From: Ptychomitrium polyphyllum
Taxonomy: Eukaryota
Assembly: GCA_973851085.1 (NCBI GenBank)
Contig: OZ316776.1
Coordinates: 9,052,001-9,116,000 of the forward strand
DNA: 64,000 bases
Direction: 5' to 3'
The notes beneath the pieces were generated by a model that saw nothing but the letters and a program-made list of their open reading frames with translations, made no database searches and was not told the DNA's origin. Position 1 is the stretch's first letter, and every line of letters begins with the position of its first letter. The translations under genes and the position numbers were made by a program. Below, in pieces: positions 62,242 to 64,000 of this stretch.

Positions 62242-64000
62242 GAAAATGAATACTAACCATATGATAATGGCTTAAACATTTATAAGGCATATAAAAGAAT
62301 TTTTTTGTTACAAAATTTCCAATTAACATATTACATGATTTTTTCAAAAGTCCAAAATATTATTTTCAATACTTTGTAATAAAGAAACAATCACTTTGAA
62401 TTAAACTTAAAAGATATATGTATAAGCAATACTCAATTTTAAAACAAACATCCTTTTTTGCACTTGGGCATTTAAAATATTTGATAGAAAAATTTGGTAG
62501 ATAAATTTGGTTCTGACTATTTGAAATATGTATTTCTAATTTTTTTAAAATTTGTACTTAAGCCTAATCAGAAAATGAGTCTCTACTTCCATTCCCCATT
62601 TCTTCATAAAATGAAATCATCATTATAAGCAAACCCACATACATATGTACCAAAGCTAACTCACAACATACATCAATCCATTCCAAGTGGCAATAGAGGG
62701 CATATTAACAAGGAATTGTATTCACAGTGACCATTTTCTTCAACTTAAGCAAATGCTAACATACGCCTAGGCACATGCATATAAAACTTTGATGCAATTT
62801 GTTACATGAAACTTTGAACTTGGGGAGGAAGGATTAATAACCATTTGATAGCGAATTTTACACTAAGAATATTTAAATATCATTGTTTTTCATAGTTTTG
62901 CCTACAATAAAGTTTGGCATAATTCACTACTAAGGTTTTGTGCATCAATTGAATAAGCTGGTGGTGGAAAGCCGGTTTAGAGCACCATTGTTACAACAAA
63001 CTTCATCAACATATTTGTGCCCTGTGTTTGGATCTAGCTTCTGTACTGACCTACCTAAATACAACAATTTTTGTCCATCCCAAGCATACAATCTTTGTCC
63101 ATCCCAAGCATGCAGAGCTTTCTGCATAACCCCATGAAGAAAACTTAGTAACTTTGCAAAAACCACTTGGTTAGATGAATGTCACGTGCTAAGTTTTCAA
63201 TATTTCATGTGAGTTTTTGCAAAATTACTGATTGTGCCAACAGCTTCCTGTGTAGTATCACTCAAGTTATCAACTGAGCACCGACTGATACCAACGCAGC
63301 ATCAACCGGGCATCATCCAGGTATCATTTGAGGAGTGCAACTATGGTATGGTAACCTATCTCTGCGGAGGTAAGCGCGGGGCTGGCGGGCAGGGGCACAG
63401 AACTTTATTCATAGCTGAATTTCTTTTCAGAATCCGGTAGACGGATGAGGTTTCTTAACGAGTAAAATTTGGTATTTTTCATTCCGGGATGACCATTGTT
63501 GAGTAAATTGAAGCAATGCAGAGAGGGGTGCACAAGGTGCGTAGCACATTGCGCTCTTCTTGCGCAACTTGAAACTGCCGTATAAATTAGCCTCGATCCT
63601 GCTTGATAACTATCATCATCTCAGTCCCAGTATGTCTTCAATCACCGGCACATGCAAGCTCTCCCAGCTTCGCAATTCAAACCAGAGAGTTCAAGAGTCT
63701 CATGTGTGCACATTAGCCATGCCATCACTAGAGCTGCTGAAAATTCTCGTTATGGATGCCCGGCTTGATCGACAAGTGCTGAAGACATGAGGTCTGCAGG
63801 ATTGTCTGTATGATAAGAATCTCGAGATTTTCACTTGACAGCTCTCGGTAACCAGGCCACTGGCTTAGGCCATCTATGACTCTGCAGATCGAGAAGGACA
63901 TATCAACAAGCTCGAATGCGGCATATGATGCGAATAATTGCACGTCACACTCACCCACACATGTTCCGGTGGAGTTCAACAACCAAACAAAAAACTAAGA

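Noticed and set aside
1..64000. CRISPR arrays, rRNA, tRNA, prokaryote-like operons
   Set aside because: None seen; the sequence is intron-containing plant nuclear DNA.

Overview
Eukaryotic nuclear DNA from an early-diverging land plant, most likely a moss (inferred from gene content, intron style and the GC-rich exon / AT-rich intergenic contrast). In order, the window holds: two intronless eIF(iso)4G genes tail-to-tail that share an apparently identical 2,176-bp inverted segment but have different N-termini, separated by a 100-N gap flanked by a probably artefactual 1.8-kb duplication; VPS28; a CRAL-TRIO/Sec14-type gene; a decayed EMS1-like LRR receptor pseudogene; a multi-exon, strongly divergent DNA polymerase delta (POLD1)-like gene; a pectate lyase; an F-box remnant; a P2B Ca2+-ATPase with atypical termini; an isopropylmalate isomerase small-subunit pseudogene; and a small 3-exon unknown acidic coiled-coil gene. 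The strongest leads are (1) the POLD1 paralog, whose three proofreading motifs are all degenerate and whose motif C reads YAQTDS while both essential polymerase aspartates and the CysA/CysB tail are kept, (2) the homogenised inverted eIF(iso)4G pair, and (3) a perfect 42-bp inverted repeat covering a splice acceptor in the Ca2+-ATPase gene. Exon structures were read by hand and reference motifs were recalled from memory; no database search was run.
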